Origin: Thermoproteota archaeon
GTDB taxonomy: Archaea > Korarchaeota > Korarchaeia > Korarchaeales > JAOZGB01
Direction: 5' to 3'
Assembly: GCA_037917685.1 (NCBI GenBank)
Contig: JAVCBU010000005.1
Location: forward strand, 1 to 54,752
Length of the DNA: 54,752 bases
In this document: piece by piece, positions 1 to 9,359 of the stretch
Layout of the letters: every line of letters starts with the position of its first letter
Position numbering within the stretch: position 1 is the first letter of the stretch
The notes under the pieces: generated by a model
Databases searched by the model: none
What the model was told of the DNA's origin: nothing
Seen by the model: the letters and a program-made list of their open reading frames with translations, nothing else
Translations under genes and position numbers: made by a program

Positions 1-545
1 ACACCAATTCTTCAAAACCTAACAGCATCCACACACCGAAATCCACGCGCCAATATAGCTGGAATGGTACACCCCACGCCGTCTACAAGCCCATTTCATT
101 AGATTCAACCACTCAATCTTATCGATTCTACAATTTATCGAAACATCAAAACCGAAAAAGGAAAGTAGAAAAGAAAGAATGATAATAAACTGGTCTAGCA
201 TTATGGACGCGGGGTTGTTAACGGGATCATTAAGTGGGTTTTGACGAAAGTTTTTGGAGAGAGTTCCTATGTGAGGAAAAGTGAAGGATGCGCTGAAACC
301 TTATTAGGCTGGGCTTCGCTTAAAAGCGTAGGAGGCATTTAAATCATTCGTCAACCATGTTTTGTTGATGTAAGTAGGCTTTGGCCATACGATAGCTAAG
401 GGCTGGAGTCTGAAATAGAACGGAAGTAGAAATCACTTATTGGCCTAGGCATGGAAAGTGGTCTGATGTTTTAGAAGAATCGTGCTATCCTAAGTCAAGC
501 GAAGATTTAAAAACGTTTAATTTTACTCATTAACTGGAGAAACTA

Positions 546-935
546 ATGAGGTATGAGCGGGCTATCGCGAATGTAGAGCTGAGGCATGGGGATAGACTTG
601 TTAGGCTTAAGGTGCTCGTGGATACAGGTGCGAGTAAGAGCGTCATCTCTAAGAGGATCGCGGATGAGCTTGGAGCGTTTATACCCCTGAAAGAACCATA
701 CGAGCTTAGAACGGCGGATGAAGAGGGAAGGTTGAAGATTGTGGGAAGATGCATGGTTGACATAGTATTTCAGGGGGTTAGAGTGCCGGGTGGCATAGTA
801 TTCGAAGTCGCTGAAAACCTTAGAAAGGATATCGAGGCAGTCGTAGGTAGACCTGAGATAGATGCTTGGGACATAATATTCACGCCTGAAGGGCCTAAAC
901 CCAAGAAAGTACCCATAGAGTTCGAAATCGTTTGA
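546..935 (+). CDS. Retropepsin-like (clan AA) aspartyl protease
   Basis: 129 aa with VLVDTGASKSVIS catalytic motif and C-terminal 'AVVGRPEID' (I-I-G-R-like) motif. Confidence 0.85.
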   Translation: MRYERAIANVELRHGDRLVRLKVLVDTGASKSVISKRIADELGAFIPLKEPYELRTADEEGRLKIVGRCMVDIVFQGVRVPGGIVFEVAENLRKDIEAVVGRPEIDAWDIIFTPEGPKPKKVPIEFEIV

Positions 936-1104
936 GAGAATAGTTTCCATCTGTAACACGTATAAACGCTGAGTTTAGGGGCTTGTAAACGCGGACGGTT
1001 ATAGCCACAGCTAGCCTATAATGGTGCTTGTGTCCAGCGAAAAACCAGCGCACAGGAACCAACATTTACGCACTCCAGTAATCCTCTCTACTTAGGTGAA
1101 TACT

Positions 1105-1501
1105 ATGGGGCATATACACGTGAAAGCCACATTCTTTAATGCTGTTGACTATGTTTAGCACTTGAACGGGGCAAAATAGAAGAGGTTAGGAAAGTTGAGG
1201 CGGAAGCTCTTGTCGGCACGGGGGGCGACGTTTCCAGCCCTCCCGAGGAAATGATACCTCAACTTACATTGCCAAGTCTAGGCGAGCATCCAGCCGAAAC
1301 CTCTAGGGGAACAGGGAAAGTTGAGCTTGCAGCTAACGCCATAATAAAAAGATGATAGGATAGCTTAATCTCCTATCATCAAGAGACCAAAGGTACAACG
1401 CCGCTCATAGCGCGCTCATAGGTGTCGTAGTCTAGAGCAAACCGGGCTACAAAGTGGACCCGGCAACGTGGATGGTGTTACCCTGCTCCATTGTATATTA
1501 G
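1105..1501 (+). pseudogene. Degraded second clan-AA aspartyl protease
   Basis: AGGTGA RBS then ATG at 1105: MGHIHVKATFFNAVDYV* ... EALVGTGATFPALP ... TTPLIGVV ... GYKVDP across several frameshifts and stops; catalytic D(TG) reads G(TG); 3' end approximate. Confidence 0.7.
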
Positions 1502-1704
1502 TGCGCCATCTCTTCTGAGGCTGATTACGAGAGGACGGGTTAAAAGGCCATTCGCAGATATGTCGGGATGATAGAGATTAGAAGGCTGCCAGATGGCTGG
1601 GTAATGGGGTAGGCCTTCTTTCTCGGACTTTTATCACACCTTTCCCCTGGCATGTCGGGGTTTCTAATAGTTTCAGATGAGACTAATAATTGTTGGGTGT
1701 CGGC

Positions 1705-2081
1705 TCATAGGTGGTGGGGTTTCCCTTCTTGGACTACTTCCCTTGGCAGCCTGTCTTTTACTTTTTCTAGGAATTTTAGGTCTTCCTTCCTGTTTCTTAG
1801 GCTGTCTGGAAGCATTATTGGGATTCCCTCAATTATCGGATACCACCTTCCACACTTCCGGCATTGTAGCACACCTTCGGCTATCTCTATTCTCTGGCAC
1901 ACCGTGCAGTCCGTTTTTCCCTTTGTGGGTAGCTTTGCGTTGTGGTATGCGCAGTATAGTTCGCAGCATGCCTCTGGCTCTACCATTTTTCCAGGGTTTT
2001 CCTCATGTTTGAGGACGTGTAGCGTCAGGGGAAGCTCTTGCAGATCGGGCATGCGAGTAGGTCCATCAGCCTGTACTTCAA
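1705..2081 (-). CDS. trm112: Trm112-family methyltransferase activator, frameshifted at ~2028-2031
   Basis: TTG at 2081 gives MKYRLMDLLACPICKSFP*; the other frame continues LTLHVLK...EIAEGVLQCRKCGRWYPIIEGIPIMLPD; one extra C in a C4 run joins them. Confidence 0.8.
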
Positions 2082-2209
2082 CTTTATCGGTCTTGCTTAG
2101 GCTTCCCATTGTTTTAATGTTTGTGGTACATTGATCCATTTACCATGTATCTTCCCTCTGAGTCCCCCGATGGCTTGATCCGAAGTTTATGGTGCGTTGG
2201 CTTGGTGCC

Positions 2210-2650
2210 CCGGGCTTGGTTGGATAATTTGCTTGTGAGGTATAGGGGTGGTGCGCGCGCGAAGAATGTCTAAGCGTTGCCGTAAGGTTTGGAATCACAT
2301 TGAGAAGAAGTATGCATGAAACCATTTATAGAAAGCTTAGGGCGAAGTATCCAAACCACCCTTCCCACTACGTCTACACGGCGATAACTCAAACCCTAGC
2401 AATCTTCAAATCCTACAGGAGGCTTTTTAGGAAAGGGAAAGTGTTAAACCATCAAAAGTCGAAAAGGGGCTATTCTCCTTGATGACACCCATATATTCTG
2501 GTTTTCTGGGAAGGCTAAAGCTAGCAACCCATGGAGGGATAGGTGTTTCAGGAAGAGGTGGCATACAGGGGATGGACGGGAAGCATTGCTAGAGCATATA
2601 GGTGCTCTCCATGACTGAATGGCTATTAGAGATAAGCTCTTACAGATTGG
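2210..2650 (+). mobile_element. tnpB: TnpB (IS200/IS605/IS607-type) gene remnant
   Basis: Fragments LDNLLVRYR / EECLSVAVRFGITLRRSMHETIYRKLRAKYPNHPSHYVYTAITQTLAIFKSYRR / ILLDDTHIF resemble the archaeal TnpB N-terminus; multiple frameshifts, no intact RuvC; boundaries approximate. Confidence 0.7.
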
Positions 2651-2861
2651 TGTTTTTACAGGTCCTCTGCTGGGGATGGCTGGATGGGGTCTGCTAGCGG
2701 CTTGAAGGTGGTGGTAGCTGACTATGGGGGACTGTGTGATTTCCTATGCTCAGGTTGGATCTGTTGTAGAGGAATGTGAGGTTTATTGTAGAGAGATGTG
2801 ATGGAATGGTCTATTTGTGAGAGGATAGTTTATAATGCATGTGGATTATATGATTGATGGA

Positions 2862-3507
2862 ATGGATGTCTTGAAGAGGGAGTTCCTGGAGCTTCTGGAT
2901 AAGGATTTCGAGTTTAGATATGCAGTAGCTGGGTATCTCGGCTTGTCTGAGATATTGAAGAGGCTGGACAGCCTGATTGAGGAGCAGACTAAGATCTGGG
3001 AGGAGATTAGGGGTCTTAGAGTGGAGCAGACTAAGATCTGGGAGGAGATTAGGGGTCTTAGAGTGGAGTTTAATAGGGCTTTTAGTGCTTTGGATGTGAG
3101 ACTTAGGAGGGTTGAGAGAACCTTGGAGAAGCTTACTGTGGATGTTGAGGATGAAGCTAGGTCTATTATTGAGCATAGGCTTAGACAGGAGCTTGGTTTG
3201 ATGGTGGAGGTTGATTCATTGTCGCTTCCCGATCTTGAGATCAATATTTATGGTGTTTCGGGTGATGTGTGTATTGTTGGTGAGGCTACGGTTAGAGCTG
3301 GGGCTAAGATTATAGCTGAGCTTTCGAGGAAGATAGAAGTTTTAAGGAGGAAATATCCAGATAGGCTTAGGAAGAAGCTAATACCCTGTTATCTATGTGT
3401 GCACACCTCTACCTGAGCTTGTAGAGGAGGCGGAGAGGACTGGGGTATGGGTGCTTAAGGCTACGAAGGACTTCTACAGGCCAGACGAAATATTTAAGGA
3501 TGGTTAA
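2862..3507 (+). CDS. Archaeal coiled-coil repeat protein with PD-(D/E)xK-like C-terminal domain, frameshifted at ~3384-3386
   Basis: LLDKDFEFRYAVAGYLG N-terminus, EQTKIWEEIRGLRV repeats, EINIYG...IVGEATVR; removing one C extends it with IPVIYVCTPLPELVEEAERTGVWVLKATKDFYRPDEIFKDG*; TTTATAA ~28 nt before ATG 2862. Confidence 0.65.
2981..3068 (+). repeat. Exact 42-nt coding tandem repeat, ~2.1 copies
   Basis: GGAGCAGACTAAGATCTGGGAGGAGATTAGGGGTCTTAGAGT at 2981-3022 and 3023-3064, plus GGAG. Confidence 0.95.
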
Positions 3508-3810
3508 AATAAGGTATGTCCTGAGGTCTCTATTAACGAGGAGGTCATGCGTGAAATTCGCATTATCTTCCGCTCTTAACTTTTAAGGGACAATAGCTGC
3601 GATGAGGGAGGGGATTGATTTGAAAATAGAAAAAATGATTGGGAAGACTTGATGAGAGAAGATACTTATTATCAAACTAAGTCGATAAAGGTTGTTTCTA
3701 ATAATGTGGCAACTGGTGTTCGATAATTTTTATTTTTATCTTAGAAACAATAAGTTAACAGAACCCCTTCTGACTACTTTTTTATAATTTCTCTGTGATT
3801 ATTCTTAGCG

Positions 3811-4212
3811 GTGGCTAATGCTTTGAAGATTGCCATACCATCTGTTGATGATAAGGGCTTGGACTCGCAGGTCAGCGGGCATTTCGGGAGGGCGCCATTC
3901 TACACTATAGTCTCGGTGGAGGGCGGTCGTATAGGTGAGGTTAGCGTTTTACGTAATCCGTTTGTGGAGCATGAACCTGGTCAGATACCGAGGCTTCTGA
4001 AGGAGCAGGGCGTGGATGTTATTATTGCATATGGTATGGGCTGGAGGGCTAGGGAATTCTTCAACTCCCTTAGAATAGAGGTTGTAGTAGGCGCAGACGG
4101 TAGGGTTAAAGATGTTGTTGAATCCTTCATAAGTGGTACATTAAGGTCTAGGGATCACTGGATGGAGGAGCCTGAGTTTAGGCGCCATGGACACCGCGGG
4201 TGTTCGGGCTAG
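3811..4212 (+). CDS. NifB/NifX-family (dinitrogenase Fe-Mo cofactor domain) protein
   Basis: KIAIPS...SGHFGRAPFY...GVDVIIAYGMG motifs; His/Cys-containing tail. Confidence 0.85.
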   Translation: MANALKIAIPSVDDKGLDSQVSGHFGRAPFYTIVSVEGGRIGEVSVLRNPFVEHEPGQIPRLLKEQGVDVIIAYGMGWRAREFFNSLRIEVVVGADGRVKDVVESFISGTLRSRDHWMEEPEFRRHGHRGCSG

Positions 4213-4214
4213 CC

Positions 4215-4680
4215 TTACCCAGGGTTTGCGCGCGCTTCGTCTTCCGTTGTGCGGGGGATGAATTGTGCATAGCTCCGTTGTGCAGTAGACGCAAGAGATC
4301 CTGTTAGGGGGTAGTGGCTCGGCGGTTGCGGGTATTTCTCTCTTAACTCCTTGTAAGTTTCCTTCTTGAGTCTCTTAAAGCTAGTAATGTTGTTCATACA
4401 AGCATAGGAAATTAGAAAGTTCACTATATTCGAATTAGAAAGTTCACTATATTCCGATAAGTGGAGAAGGATCGTCTAACCCTTCCAGCGTTTCCTTAAG
4501 TTTGAATCTTGCAGTAAGATTAATAGTCTCTGATGGCATTCTTTACTGTCTCAACAAGACTTTTCACCTTATTCCTCATGCCATAAAGCTTTCAGGTGGA
4601 GGAAGAAACGATAGCTAACAAATCCTCAACAAGCTCCTTCTCTGGCGTCCTCTCTCATCGTCAAATGTTACAATCCTTTA
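4215..4680 (-). mobile_element. IS607-family element remnant (tnpA 3' end plus tnpB 5' end)
   Basis: Minus strand reads FDDE-RTPEKELVEDLLAIVSS...KLYGMRNKVKSLVETVKNAIRD (IS607 serine transposase C-terminus) overlapping ATG 4539 MPSETINLTARFKLKETLEGLDD...VNFLISYACMNNITSFKRLKKETYKELREKYPQPPSHY, then truncated. Confidence 0.8.
4410..4454. repeat. 23-nt-period tandem duplication inside tnpB remnant
   Basis: AATTAGAAAGTTCACTATATTC at 4410-4431 and 4433-4454. Confidence 0.95.
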
Positions 4681-4797
4681 AAGGACATAGCTCCTATGAG
4701 ATAGCATGGTCAAGATTAGGTGATCAACATAGCCTGGTGTGTGTTAATTTTTTAAAAATTTTAAAGTTTGGCGGGCTATGCTTGTTGAGTGGTTTCA

Positions 4798-5352
4798 ATG
4801 CTTGAGTTCAGATGGCATGGGCGTGGTGGGCAGGGTGTTTGGACTGGAAGCAATGTTCTGGCGTTGGCTGCGATGAAGGAGGGAAAGTATATCCAGTCGT
4901 TTCCAGAGTTTGGGCCTGAGAGGTCTGGTGCTCCCGTTAAGGCTTTCACACGGATAAGCGGTGAGCCTATAGTTATACACTGCCAGGTTTATAATCCCGA
5001 CTGTGTGGTGGTGCTGGACCCAACCCTTCTTGGGACTCAGAATGTGGCTGCTGGCTTGAAGCCTGGTGGAAAGCTGGTTATAAACCACGACAGTCCGGGT
5101 GAGCTTAGAAGGATGTTCGGAGGGCTTGGGGTTGAGGTGTGGTGGCTTCCGGCAACCGATCTTGCGGTTGAGATACTTGGGAGAGAGATTACAAACACGG
5201 CTATGCTTGGAGCTACGCTGAAGGCTGTACCTGAGGCTGCGAGGCTTGAAAGTCTGTTAGAAACTGTTAGGATGCATTTCAAGGGGGAGACTGGGGAGAA
5301 GAATGCGGCCCTGGTGAGGAGGGCATATGAGGAGGTGAGGAAGATTGAGTAG
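4798..5352 (+). CDS. porC: Pyruvate/2-ketoisovalerate:ferredoxin oxidoreductase gamma subunit
   Basis: EFRWHGRGGQG, FPEFGPERSGAPV, NTAMLGA motifs. Confidence 0.95.
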   Translation: MLEFRWHGRGGQGVWTGSNVLALAAMKEGKYIQSFPEFGPERSGAPVKAFTRISGEPIVIHCQVYNPDCVVVLDPTLLGTQNVAAGLKPGGKLVINHDSPGELRRMFGGLGVEVWWLPATDLAVEILGREITNTAMLGATLKAVPEAARLESLLETVRMHFKGETGEKNAALVRRAYEEVRKIE

Positions 5353-5614
5353 TCTTAAGGCGTGGCATGAGATCCCTATCGCGGGAATACCGTTCGTAAG
5401 GTCTGAGGAGTATAGGAGCGGTGACTGGAGGACTTTTACGCCAAGGATAGATCCGGAGAAGTGTATTAAGTGCGGCTTTTGCTGGATTTACTGTCCTGAT
5501 AGCTCGATAATATGGGACGGTGAAACGGTGCCAAGGGTGGACCTTGAACATTGTAAGGGATGCGGAGTGTGCGCTGAGGAGTGCCCGGTTAAAGCTATAG
5601 AGATGGTGAGGTAG
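5345..5614 (+). CDS. porD: 2-oxoacid:ferredoxin oxidoreductase delta subunit (2x[4Fe-4S])
   Basis: SGDWRTFTP, CIKCGFCWIYCP, CKGCGVCAEECP. Confidence 0.95.
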   Translation: MSSLKAWHEIPIAGIPFVRSEEYRSGDWRTFTPRIDPEKCIKCGFCWIYCPDSSIIWDGETVPRVDLEHCKGCGVCAEECPVKAIEMVR

Positions 5615-5616
5615 AG

Positions 5617-6840
5617 ATGATGGTGAAGGAACAGGAGGTTTTGGCTCTTAACGGTGACGAGGCGGTTGCTCTAGCTGTGAAACAGTGCGATGTTGACGTC
5701 GTGGCTGCCTATCCCATTACGCCTCAGACCATAATAGTGGAGAGATTTTCCGAGTACGTGCACAATGGAGAGGTGAAGACAAAGTTTATAAGGGCGGAAT
5801 CGGAGCACTCAGCTCTAAGCGCTTGTGTGGGTGCGGCGGCGGCTGGGGCGAGGGCTTTCACAGCGACGGCTGCGAATGGGCTGGCGTTGATGCATGAAAT
5901 AGTGTATATTGCAGCTAGCCTGAGGACTCCTGTGGTAATGGCTATTGTGAATAGGGCTCTTTCAGGCCCTATAAACATACACTGTGATCATGCGGACTCG
6001 ATGGCTGAGAGGGATGCTGGGTGGGTTCAGCTGTACACGGAGGATGCGCAGGAAGCCTACGACACGGTGATACAGGCTTTCAGGATTGCGGAGCACCCTG
6101 ACGTGCAGCTGCCAGTGATGGTGATGCTTGACGGATTCCTGGTGTCGCACACACTCCAGAACGTGAGGGTGCTTCCGGACAAGGTGGTGTCAGATTTCGT
6201 AGGCCAGAGGAAACCGGTGAATATAGAGCTGTTTGGCGAGCAGGTGCCTTTAATGCTGAACCCTGAGAAGCCTGTGACATTCGGCCCCCTAGACCTCTAC
6301 GACTACTACTACGAGCATAAGATGCAGCAGATACATGCTATGACAAAGGTTCCACAGGTAGTAAGACGGGTACATGACGAATATGCTCAGATATCTGGGA
6401 GAAGCTATGGGGATGGGATTCTGCAGCCGTACATGATGGAAGATGCGGAAATAGCCTTGGTTGGCCTGTCATCAACCATGGGTACGGTGAGGACGATAGT
6501 GGATAAGCTCAGAGGTGAGGGGGTAAAGGCGGGAGCCTTGAGAATAAAGATGTTTAGACCCTTCCCGTACAAGCAGGTGGCGGAAATCTTGAAAGATGTT
6601 AGAGTAGTCGGCGTGTTGGACAGGAGTGCGTCGATAGGAGCCCAGGGAGGACCCGTATTCATGGAGGTTAGAACAGCGCTGTACGACCTTCCCCGGAAAC
6701 CCGTAACGGTAGACTTCATCTACGGCCTCGGCGGGAGAGACGCCCCACCCAGCCAGATAGAAGAAGTATTCCGCAGGCTCCTCAAATCCCTTGAGAAGAA
6801 GCCTGAGGAAACAACCATGTATATAGGGGTGAGAACATGA
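5617..6840 (+). CDS. porA: 2-oxoacid:ferredoxin oxidoreductase alpha subunit
   Basis: AAYPITPQT, ESEHSA, NRALSGPINIHCDH, YGLGGRD. Confidence 0.95.
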   Translation: MMVKEQEVLALNGDEAVALAVKQCDVDVVAAYPITPQTIIVERFSEYVHNGEVKTKFIRAESEHSALSACVGAAAAGARAFTATAANGLALMHEIVYIAASLRTPVVMAIVNRALSGPINIHCDHADSMAERDAGWVQLYTEDAQEAYDTVIQAFRIAEHPDVQLPVMVMLDGFLVSHTLQNVRVLPDKVVSDFVGQRKPVNIELFGEQVPLMLNPEKPVTFGPLDLYDYYYEHKMQQIHAMTKVPQVVRRVHDEYAQISGRSYGDGILQPYMMEDAEIALVGLSSTMGTVRTIVDKLRGEGVKAGALRIKMFRPFPYKQVAEILKDVRVVGVLDRSASIGAQGGPVFMEVRTALYDLPRKPVTVDFIYGLGGRDAPPSQIEEVFRRLLKSLEKKPEETTMYIGVRT

Positions 6841-7793
6841 GCAAGGCTTGGGTTCCAAACCTTAAACAGCTGGCGAAGAAGCCTGAACTTCTAGCGCCAG
6901 GCCATAGGCTGTGTGCTGGATGCGCAGCCGGTACAATAGTGAGGCAGGTGTTAAAGGCTGTAGACGACCCGGTGGTAATAGTTAACGCCACTGGGTGCCT
7001 TGAGGTAGCGACAACGATATTCCCCTATACTGCGTGGCGTGTACCTTGGATACATAACGCTTTCGAGAACGCTGCGGCTACAGCGGCTGGGATAGTTGCG
7101 GCAAGAGACAAAATGCATATGGAAGGAAGGATAAAACAGAAATACAGGGTCCTGGTCATAGGGGGAGACGGCTCAACCTATGACATAGGCCTACAGGCGA
7201 TAAGCGGGGCATTCGAGAGAGGGGAGGACATAACGTATGTGCTATATGACAATGAGGCCTACATGAACACGGGGATACAGAGAAGCGGGGGCACACCGCA
7301 TGGGGCATGGACAACTACAACGCCAGCGGGCAAAGTAATACCTGGCAATGAGCTCTATAAGAAGCCGATCCTAGATATACTCGTAGCTCACAGGATACCC
7401 TACGCGGCTACAGCGTCGCCTTCAAGGCCGATAGACCTGGTGAAGAAGGCTAGGAAGGCATTCCATAAGACTCCATCGTTCCTGCACACACTAATGCCAT
7501 GCAACCGGGGATGGAGGTTCCCTACAAACCTCTCCATAAAAATAGCGCAGCTAGCTGTGGAAACATGCATGTTTCCCCTAATAGAGTACGAAGACGGTGA
7601 ATGGCGGCTGACAGATACAAGCCTAACCATAGCTAAAAACCCACAGAGGAAAAGGCCGGTAGAAGAATACCTCAAACTCCAGGGAAGGTTTAAACATCTT
7701 TTCACCCCGGAGAATAGACATGTCATAGAGGAGATCCAGGAAGCCGTAGACGAAAGATGGCAGCAAATACTTGAAAGAGCAGGCCACAAATAA
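6837..7793 (+). CDS. porB: 2-oxoacid:ferredoxin oxidoreductase beta subunit (TPP-binding)
   Basis: GHRLCAGC, TGCLEV, GGDG...YDNEAYMNTGIQRS TPP motif. Confidence 0.95.
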   Translation: MSKAWVPNLKQLAKKPELLAPGHRLCAGCAAGTIVRQVLKAVDDPVVIVNATGCLEVATTIFPYTAWRVPWIHNAFENAAATAAGIVAARDKMHMEGRIKQKYRVLVIGGDGSTYDIGLQAISGAFERGEDITYVLYDNEAYMNTGIQRSGGTPHGAWTTTTPAGKVIPGNELYKKPILDILVAHRIPYAATASPSRPIDLVKKARKAFHKTPSFLHTLMPCNRGWRFPTNLSIKIAQLAVETCMFPLIEYEDGEWRLTDTSLTIAKNPQRKRPVEEYLKLQGRFKHLFTPENRHVIEEIQEAVDERWQQILERAGHK

Positions 7794-7794
7794 C

Positions 7795-7806
7795 CCCCTA
7801 TTTTTG
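7795..7806 (+). terminator. Possible oligo-T terminator after porB
   Basis: C-run then T-run immediately after the porB stop. Confidence 0.4.
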
Positions 7807-7912
7807 CCGCATCGTTGACCCTATTTTGTGCATCATGCGGCTGTTACTAGATCAACTGTACGGGGTGTATTCTTCGTGTAAATATAGATGGTGTTTGGGA
7901 GCTGGTTTGGAT

Positions 7913-8340
7913 TTAGGCTTTGGCGTGGGCTAGTTTCATTATTTTCTCTGTGTATGATATTATGGGTGCTGTTATCTTTCCGATTATGGGTACACCACTG
8001 AGGATTTTTCTAAGGTTTGGGGGTCGTTTTCGGTGATTATTCCTGTGGTTGGGAGGAGGGGTTAGATATATGGTTGCTGATACTATTAGGGTTACTGTTA
8101 GGTTTGCAATTTGCTGCCTGAATAGTTTGCTGAGGGGTAATTTGCTGCCGCCGGAGTCTCCCTCTTCGCTATGGAAGCCGATGTAAACCTTACAACGGCA
8201 GGGTTTAATCCAAGGGTTACAAACATCACCATGAATGCTGGAACTACTAGTGAGAGCCCGTATAGGCCGTATTCTGAGGCACCTATAAGCCTTGCTATTA
8301 TTATTGAGCCGGCTGCAGGGTCAATAACGGTCACCACGAG
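7913..8340 (-). pseudogene. Oligosaccharide flippase (Wzx/RfbX-like) remnant with large internal deletion
   Basis: N-terminal piece GSIIIARLIGASEYGLYGLSLVVPAFMVMFVTLGLNPAVVRF joined to a frameshifted C-terminal piece LTVTLIVSATIYLT/LLPTTGIITEND/NLRKILSGVPIIGKITAPIISYTEKIMKLAHAKA*. Confidence 0.7.
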
Positions 8341-8348
8341 TGTTCAGG

Positions 8349-9260
8349 CTAGCCTTGCTTCGGTGAGGGTATCCCCCTAGGCTTGCGGTGTAACGTGTAG
8401 ATTCCAGCTATGATTAGTATGAGTCCTACTATTGTTGAGGGGTGTATCCTTTCTTTAACTGTAGCTCTTATTAGGAGGAGGGAGAGGAAGCGGCTTAGAT
8501 ATACAAGGCTGCCTGCTTGGGCTGTGGTCTCGAAGAGGCTTAGCGCCCTAAGCCATAGTACAAATGTGACTCCCATCTCGAAGAGGCCAATGTAAACAGT
8601 CCCTATCAAGCCTCTGTAGTCTACGGTCCAGGTTTCAGCCGAAAATAGATATATGGCTGTAACCATCGGCATGCTGAAAAGGAAGTTTAACATGAGCTTG
8701 ACAGTGTCGTCTCTTTCATCTCTAACATTGTATACCCAGTAGGCTGAGAAGAGGAAAGCGCTGCCCAGGGCTAAGGCAACCCCCGCCGTGTCTGTGAACA
8801 TTAGGCTTCTAATATCGCCTCTAGTAGATATTATGACGACCCCTGTAAAGCATAGTAGCATTGAAAGTAATGCCCCCACGGTAAGCTTCTGCTTTAGGAT
8901 TAAGGCTGACATTAAAACGGTTAATACTGGCCATATGAAGTTTAGGGTTAGAGCCTGCTGGGCAGGGAGCAGCGAGTAGGCCTTAAACAGGACGGTATAG
9001 TATAGAAAGGGGTTCAGCAGTCCTAGAAGTAGGGAGCTGGCGAACTGCCCTTTACCATATGATCTTAGTTGGCCAGCCTTTCCCTCAAAGATCACTATGA
9101 TAGATAGCACTATGGTTGAGACGGTTGTCGAGTAAAAGAGAAGCTGGATATAGTCCATATACATGAGAGTTATTTTGAATGCAGATGATACCGTAGACCA
9201 TATGAGGGTAGATGCTAAAGCGTAAAAGTATGGTTTCCCCAATCTCATGGCTATGTTCAA
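8349..9260 (-). CDS. DMT/EamA family transporter
   Basis: 303 aa, ~10 hydrophobic segments, two EamA-like halves. Confidence 0.9.
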   Translation of the reverse strand: MNIAMRLGKPYFYALASTLIWSTVSSAFKITLMYMDYIQLLFYSTTVSTIVLSIIVIFEGKAGQLRSYGKGQFASSLLLGLLNPFLYYTVLFKAYSLLPAQQALTLNFIWPVLTVLMSALILKQKLTVGALLSMLLCFTGVVIISTRGDIRSLMFTDTAGVALALGSAFLFSAYWVYNVRDERDDTVKLMLNFLFSMPMVTAIYLFSAETWTVDYRGLIGTVYIGLFEMGVTFVLWLRALSLFETTAQAGSLVYLSRFLSLLLIRATVKERIHPSTIVGLILIIAGIYTLHRKPRGIPSPKQG

Positions 9261-9359
9261 CGGCTGTGGATAATAATAATTGTTCCTGCATCTATCATGG
9301 CTTGCGTGCTCCGATTAAACCTCCAAATATTTTAACTTTCCGGCAACTATCATCCTGTA

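Noticed and set aside
19-480. ORF 19-201 and a possible transposase scrap (YGRGVVNGIIKWVLTKVFGESSYVRK) near 200-310
   Set aside because: Too short and degenerate to assign without a search
1351-1380. Perfect 10-bp hairpin GATGATAGGA/TCCTATCATC
   Set aside because: Falls inside the decayed protease reading frame (DDRIA*SPII); probably coincidental
1652-2134. Plus-strand ORFs 1652-2134 and 1677-2012, and the many similar Ser/Leu/Pro-rich antisense ORFs across the window
   Set aside because: Shadows of motif-bearing genes on the opposite strand
2981-3068. 42-nt repeat as a CRISPR array
   Set aside because: No spacers, in-frame coding repeat, no cas genes
3811-4212. Nitrogen fixation inferred from the NifB/NifX-like gene
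   Set aside because: This small domain is widespread in non-diazotrophic archaea; no nifHDK in the window
4410-4454. 22-nt repeat pair as a mini-CRISPR
   Set aside because: Copies are separated by 1 nt and lie within tnpB coding sequence; simple duplication
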